From a virus (Duplodnaviria > Caudoviricetes), in the IMG/VR virus record IMGVR_UViG_3300006919_000235, positions 1-31,895 of that record: DNA of 31,895 nucleotides. One strand, given 5' to 3'. The translations under genes were made by a program, and so were the position numbers. Within the stretch, counting starts at the first letter, position 1; each line of letters starts with the position of its first letter. The notes beneath the pieces were generated by a model that saw only the letters and a list, made by a program, of their open reading frames with translations, was not told the DNA's origin and did not search any database. Shown piece by piece: positions 27,959 to 31,895 of the stretch.

Positions 27959-28525
27959 TTAGAATGGTAAGTCATCTGCTTCCAATTCATCAGAACTAAT
28001 GCGTTCTCCGTCTTCCCACTTATGTACTTTACCTACTTTAAGTGATGAACGAGTTTCGCCATCTGCATTTTTGAACTCAGTATTGACTAACTGAATTAAA
28101 CAAGGTAAACCCATTACATCAGCTTCTTCAACCATTTGTAATTGCGTATTACCATTGTCGTCTTTACCAAAAGCCATACCAATACTTGCGAAGAACTCAG
28201 CATAACGTTTGTTTTTCCAAGAATCTTCTTCAGATAAGTTTGGTGTTAACCATATACCTTTATCAGTACGATATTCCTTGCCTACAGCTTGTTGTCCAGT
28301 AACACTAGCACCTGTTGGTACTAATTTACCATTGTTATCTTTCTGCTGTTCAGCAAACTCAATATCTTTGGCTTCTTCTGCTACTTTAAAAGTTACATTA
28401 AATACATATGCACCATTATATTCTTTTGACTCAAACTTGCTAATATGAGCTGGATATGTACCTTCAGGTATTGGTTTATATGTGTTTTTACTTTCATTGT
28501 ATATTGCATTTTCTATCGGTTTCAT
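27959..28525 (-). CDS. Single-stranded DNA-binding protein, DUF669-like
   Basis: PIPEGTYPA.I N-terminal motif, OB-fold-like strands, acidic C-terminal tail DDLPF. Confidence 0.8.
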   Translation of the reverse strand: MKPIENAIYNESKNTYKPIPEGTYPAHISKFESKEYNGAYVFNVTFKVAEEAKDIEFAEQQKDNNGKLVPTGASVTGQQAVGKEYRTDKGIWLTPNLSEEDSWKNKRYAEFFASIGMAFGKDDNGNTQLQMVEEADVMGLPCLIQLVNTEFKNADGETRSSLKVGKVHKWEDGERISSDELEADDLPF

Positions 28526-28800
28526 TTAGTGTCTCCAGTTTCAGTTGTGGTATATTCTTGAAATAAAGAATTTACCTTTGTTTTTAATTCAAGCATTTTT
28601 TCGCTGTATTGTGCTTTACCTAATCCATCAAAATAGAGTCTTGGAGAAACCCAAGTTCCATCTGCTGTTTCAATAAAACGTGTTGTACTTCTTCTAGAAT
28701 TAGAAAACGCACCATCTTTTTCCATTTCGTCAAAAGTTTCTTGGTCTATTTTCCCAGCATCTAGCATCGCTTTTGCGTCTTCACGAGTAAATTTACCCAT
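28522..28800 (-). CDS. Hypothetical protein
   Basis: 92 aa ORF with GGAGG RBS, overlapping neighbours. Confidence 0.7.
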   Translation of the reverse strand: MGKFTREDAKAMLDAGKIDQETFDEMEKDGAFSNSRRSTTRFIETADGTWVSPRLYFDGLGKAQYSEKMLELKTKVNSLFQEYTTTETGDTK

Positions 28801-29053
28801 CTTGGTCTACCTCCATTGGCTCTTCTATCGCATAGGATAGATAGCTTTGGTTAATATTTAAGTTTAGATGACCATTACGTGTACCACCCCACATAACAAA
28901 TGTCATTATTGGTTTTCCGTGATATAGCTTTGTACCAGTAAAGGTAGCTTCACGAAATTCTTTACCATCATTGACACCTATTGTGTATTTTGCGTTTACT
29001 TTGTATACATCATCTCTATAATTGTCTGTATTGTTGATTTCTTCTAACTTCAT
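28793..29053 (-). CDS. Hypothetical protein
   Basis: 86 aa ORF with ATGA coupling to the annealase gene. Confidence 0.7.
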   Translation of the reverse strand: MKLEEINNTDNYRDDVYKVNAKYTIGVNDGKEFREATFTGTKLYHGKPIMTFVMWGGTRNGHLNLNINQSYLSYAIEEPMEVDQDG

Positions 29054-29625
29054 TTTGCACCTACCTTATTAGCTTTGCGTTTCAGTTTTGCATACGCCGC
29101 TTTAAAGTTAGCATCATTGATAGTTTCATCACCAATTTGTTCAATTACTTTTGCCTCTAACTCTTTATCGTCAATTATTTTCAACAATCCAAAGATTGAT
29201 TCATATTGCTCTTTATTTAATTTATCAGGAGCTGTTGGCAAATCTTCACCAGCATAGATATACAATCCTAATCCATGTAGTGCTATTGCTTTTGCTAAAC
29301 AACGTTGTATTGCTGTGTTTATTTGAAAAGCATTAGGTTCTAATACAGTTTTATTTGTATGGTCTAATACTGGGTGTACTTGAGTTCTTCGTATTCCTTC
29401 TACATCTACTGATACTTGTACAAATGCACCAGCTTCAGTACGCATATAAGGTGTTTCTACGCTGTTATCAAAGAAAGTATGTACTTGCCAAGTTGCTTCT
29501 GGAAAGTGCTGTAGTAATACTCTTACAGCCCAAGCCCAAGAAAGATAGCTAAAATTACCTTTCTTCTCAATGTGTTCTTTGACGTCTATTTTACTTAGTA
29601 CTTCAAATACGTTATTCTGTTTCAT
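29050..29625 (-). CDS. Single-strand annealing protein, Sak3/DUF1071 (Rad52-like) family
   Basis: EKKG.FSYLSWAWA...PEA, and INTAIQRCLAKAIALHGLGLYIYAGED signature; start set at MKQNN. Confidence 0.9.
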   Translation of the reverse strand: MKQNNVFEVLSKIDVKEHIEKKGNFSYLSWAWAVRVLLQHFPEATWQVHTFFDNSVETPYMRTEAGAFVQVSVDVEGIRRTQVHPVLDHTNKTVLEPNAFQINTAIQRCLAKAIALHGLGLYIYAGEDLPTAPDKLNKEQYESIFGLLKIIDDKELEAKVIEQIGDETINDANFKAAYAKLKRKANKVGAK

Positions 29626-29821
29626 TGTTACCCCATTCTTTTTCAAGTGTTTCATAATTAGATAGCATTGCAAACCAAGTTTCCTTGTCGCAACCTCCTT
29701 CTACTCTTGCTGCTGGACTCATCATATTATGATTTCCAGACTTCTGCACTTCTAGAAATGAACGCCATTCAGTTTCATAAACAACTACATCTCCAAAAGT
29801 TTTACTATTTACGTTTGCCAT
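29612..29821 (-). CDS. Hypothetical protein
   Basis: 69 aa ORF with VQKSG.HNM motif, coupled to neighbours. Confidence 0.65.
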   Translation of the reverse strand: MANVNSKTFGDVVVYETEWRSFLEVQKSGNHNMMSPAARVEGGCDKETWFAMLSNYETLEKEWGNNETE

Positions 29822-30020
29822 CGTGTTTACCTTCTTTCTTTGTTTGATTTACGAATAGTTTTAATCGTGTTGGTAATACTGCTTGGTAATTACATACTGC
29901 ACAGCATCTTCCATTTTTTATTGGCTCTGCGTTGAATCCATAAGGATTTCCTAATTTCTCTCCACAAAGACAACAATTCTTAGGATTCTTATATGTATCA
30001 AGCGTCATATGCATTCCCAA
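29805..30020 (-). CDS. Small Cys-rich Zn-finger protein (paralogue of next ORF)
   Basis: CCLCG...G.NAEP...GRCC..CN...VLP.RL. Confidence 0.7.
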   Translation of the reverse strand: MGMHMTLDTYKNPKNCCLCGEKLGNPYGFNAEPIKNGRCCAVCNYQAVLPTRLKLFVNQTKKEGKHDGKRK

Positions 30021-30228
30021 CCTGAAGTCTTCTAATGCGTTCAGGCACTACAACATCATTATTACAACTTGTACAACATCTACCATCTGTAACTGGTTCA
30101 GCGTTGTGTCCCTCCGTCCAGTATACATCTCTTACTTCTACTCCTGTAGATGGATTTATCCTTGATAGTATTTGTGTATCTATATCTTGATGACAAATAC
30201 TACATTCTTGTATCGTTACTTCTTCCAC
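29998..30228 (-). CDS. Small Cys-rich Zn-finger protein (paralogue of previous ORF)
   Basis: CSIC...GHNAEP...GRCC..CN...V.P.RI; AGGAGG RBS, GTG start. Confidence 0.7.
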   Translation of the reverse strand: MEEVTIQECSICHQDIDTQILSRINPSTGVEVRDVYWTEGHNAEPVTDGRCCTSCNNDVVVPERIRRLQVGNAYDA

Positions 30229-30250
30229 TAGATTTCCTCCTTTCTAGTGT

Positions 30251-31000
30251 TTAAATATTATATAATCCAGGACAATATTTTCCTTGGAACTCACAATATT
30301 TACATTCCCAATTATATACGGGAACATTTTCACTTCCAGGGTCTAGCATTTCTGCCTCACCCTTTATATTATCGCTTGTTTCATTTAAATCTGTCCAATA
30401 GTCGAAAGCCGCTTCCATATACATATTAGAAATTGGCTCTTCTTTCATTTGTGAATTATCTTTATTATACCACATAATGGATAATCTCACATCAGTTATA
30501 TCTTCTTGGTTACCTAGTCCTATAGCATATGTAGCTAACTGTAACTCATAATTTGTACTAGGATTTTTGTCTGGATTTCTACCAAACTTCATACGCCATT
30601 TCCAAGCACCTGCGGTTTTAATATCATATACGTGTATCATTTCACCTTCACGATTGACAACACCAATATCTAGATGCCCCATTACATTGAGTTCAGGTAT
30701 TTCTATTCTATGTTCTGTAAATACTTGTATCTCATCAGGTTTATCTACGTGTTCTTGTATGTCCCAATCTTTTAATGCTTGTTCAAAGTCTGCATGTACT
30801 AGAGTTCCTAATCGTAAAAGTCTTGCACTTTTTTCTTCTAAAGGCTCTAATGTCAAATCTTGTTGTCTATGCAACTGCTTTCTATAACAACTACCTGCGC
30901 TACTAGCACTAAACCACCCTTGATAATCTTTGTACTTTTCACGATTTTCTTTGTTTTTTTGTTGTAGATAATCGTTATATATTTTTGGAATATCTATCAT
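30251..31000 (-). CDS. Cas4-like PD-(D/E)XK exonuclease with Fe-S cluster ligands
   Basis: SASSAGSCYRK, LGTLVH, E...GHLD...DIKT, QLATY and C-terminal CKYC.F...C. True start MIDIP at 31000 after AGGAGG. Confidence 0.85.
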   Translation of the reverse strand: MIDIPKIYNDYLQQKNKENREKYKDYQGWFSASSAGSCYRKQLHRQQDLTLEPLEEKSARLLRLGTLVHADFEQALKDWDIQEHVDKPDEIQVFTEHRIEIPELNVMGHLDIGVVNREGEMIHVYDIKTAGAWKWRMKFGRNPDKNPSTNYELQLATYAIGLGNQEDITDVRLSIMWYNKDNSQMKEEPISNMYMEAAFDYWTDLNETSDNIKGEAEMLDPGSENVPVYNWECKYCEFQGKYCPGLYNI

Positions 31001-31025
31001 ATATTTCCTCCTAGAAATGTTTCTA

Positions 31026-31054
31026 AATATAGCAATATCAATAGAAAAAGTCAA
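31026..31054 (-). promoter_or_regulatory. Putative sigma70-type promoter TTGACT-N17-TATATT driving the replication operon
   Basis: Minus strand reads TTGACT TTTTCTATTGATATTGC TATATT, about 25 nt before the exonuclease start codon. Confidence 0.7.
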
Positions 31055-31077
31055 GGTATATCCACTAAGAATATACC
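31044..31077 (-). terminator. Putative intrinsic terminator of the upstream minus-strand unit, overlapping the -35 box
   Basis: Minus strand GGTATATTC-TTAGT-GGATATACC followed by TTGACTTTTT. Confidence 0.5.
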
Positions 31078-31087
31078 CCAACCTTTC

Positions 31088-31105
31088 GTTTACGCACCAA
31101 GTAAA
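31088..31105 (-). repeat. 18-bp element, inverted copy of 19959-19976
   Basis: GTTTACGCACCAAGTAAA on +; exact reverse complement of 19959-19976. Confidence 0.85.
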
Positions 31106-31117
31106 ACAAGTAGAGTG

Positions 31118-31387
31118 CTAACTATTAATTACTGCCCAATCTTGTAAGAAATATTGATGTAACAATGATTCATTTGTATCGTTTTCAATTAGATAATATC
31201 GTCCAAACGATTTTCCATTCTTAACAATACGCTCTGTATTAATGTTAAATCCATCTTCTCTAAGATTGTATATAATACCACTAAGTCTTGTAGCATTAAA
31301 TTTTGTAAACGCTTCCATTGACGTGATGCGTCTATGTTTTTTTAAATGCTTTAAGATGCGATATTTTTGGCTTTGTTTATTTACCAT
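31118..31387 (-). CDS. Winged helix-turn-helix DNA-binding protein
   Basis: SQ..RIL.HL.....IT..EA...F..TRLS..IY.LR..G..I.T...Y.L pattern of small phage wHTH proteins. Confidence 0.8.
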   Translation of the reverse strand: MVNKQSQKYRILKHLKKHRRITSMEAFTKFNATRLSGIIYNLREDGFNINTERIVKNGKSFGRYYLIENDTNESLLHQYFLQDWAVINS

Positions 31388-31893
31388 ATTTCAAACCCTC
31401 CAGATTGTTTCATAAATTCTGCAAATGATAACATACTTTCTTTATTAAATCCATAATAAGAACGCCAATCTCTTTGATTTGATAACTCATCATACTTTAC
31501 TCGAAATTTCTTTGGATAGTTTATAGGAGCAAGTCCAGACTTTCCAGTCTCTTTTTCTACTTCTTGTTTTAACTTATCCATCTTTTTTTCTAGTTCTTTA
31601 TTAATTTTATTTGCTTCAAGTCTATCATTTCTATTTGAGTCTTCTAATTCGTCCAGCGTACCATCTTTATCATGTTTAAAGATAATTTCTGCTATCTTTT
31701 TTGCTTGTTTACTTGAAACTGTAATTCCGTCATTATATTCGCCACCTTTACATATAGATTCATCTATAATTACTGGTTTTTTATTTCTGAGTAATTCATC
31801 GTGTGCAAAATGACAAATATAGCTCCAAGGTAATCTCCATCCCCAGACATTAAATCGATAATCGCTATATTGTTCTGAGCTTGGTTTTTTTGC
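31381..31893 (-). CDS. Hypothetical phage protein, 5'-truncated by the window
   Basis: The frame of the 66-aa ORF stays open to the window end: ...YRFNVWGWRLPWSYI...YNDG...FAEFMKQSGGFEIW*. Confidence 0.75.
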   Translation of the reverse strand, partial: AKKPSSEQYSDYRFNVWGWRLPWSYICHFAHDELLRNKKPVIIDESICKGGEYNDGITVSSKQAKKIAEIIFKHDKDGTLDELEDSNRNDRLEANKINKELEKKMDKLKQEVEKETGKSGLAPINYPKKFRVKYDELSNQRDWRSYYGFNKESMLSFAEFMKQSGGFEIW

Positions 31894-31895
31894 TA

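Noticed and set aside
20180-30887. Plus-strand ORFs inside the replication block
   Set aside because: Fully overlap well-supported minus-strand genes; atypical composition.
31001-31081. N-terminal 27-aa extension of the exonuclease in the ORF track
   Set aside because: It overlaps the promoter and terminator; an AGGAGG RBS supports the start at 31000.
1-31895. Stop-codon reassignment as in some crAss-like phages
   Set aside because: Long ORFs tile the window under the standard code and genes end in TAA, TAG and TGA.

Overview
An AT-rich fragment of a tailed (podovirus-like) dsDNA bacteriophage genome in two convergent blocks, with no host genes. The + strand block (1-19909) is the virion module. 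It begins with the end of a tail fibre carrying an S74 intramolecular chaperone, then small tail-associated genes, a membrane/holin cassette and two tail nozzle/stabilisation-like genes. It ends with a cluster of ejection proteins, one with a lytic-transglycosylase motif and one a 2944-aa two-barrel RNA polymerase (RNP...DFDID, as in the virion RNAPs of crAss-like phages). The - strand block (19977-31895) is a replication/recombination module: Cas4-like exonuclease, Sak3-type annealase, SSB-like protein, DUF932-like protein, spore-photoproduct-lyase-like radical SAM enzyme, Dam-family MTase, DnaB helicase, RuvC-like resolvase and many small Zn-finger ORFs. The main unexplained structures are (i) two non-coding gaps (25384-25913, 27700-27958) tiled with back-to-back, non-repetitive stem-loop domains that fold preferentially as minus-strand RNA, with a candidate loop-loop pairing, and (ii) an exact 18-bp inverted repeat bracketing most of the replication module (11.1 kb). 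Shine-Dalgarno use and TTGA-N17-TAnATT promoters suggest a host outside Bacteroidota. All family calls come from motif recognition by eye; no searches were run.
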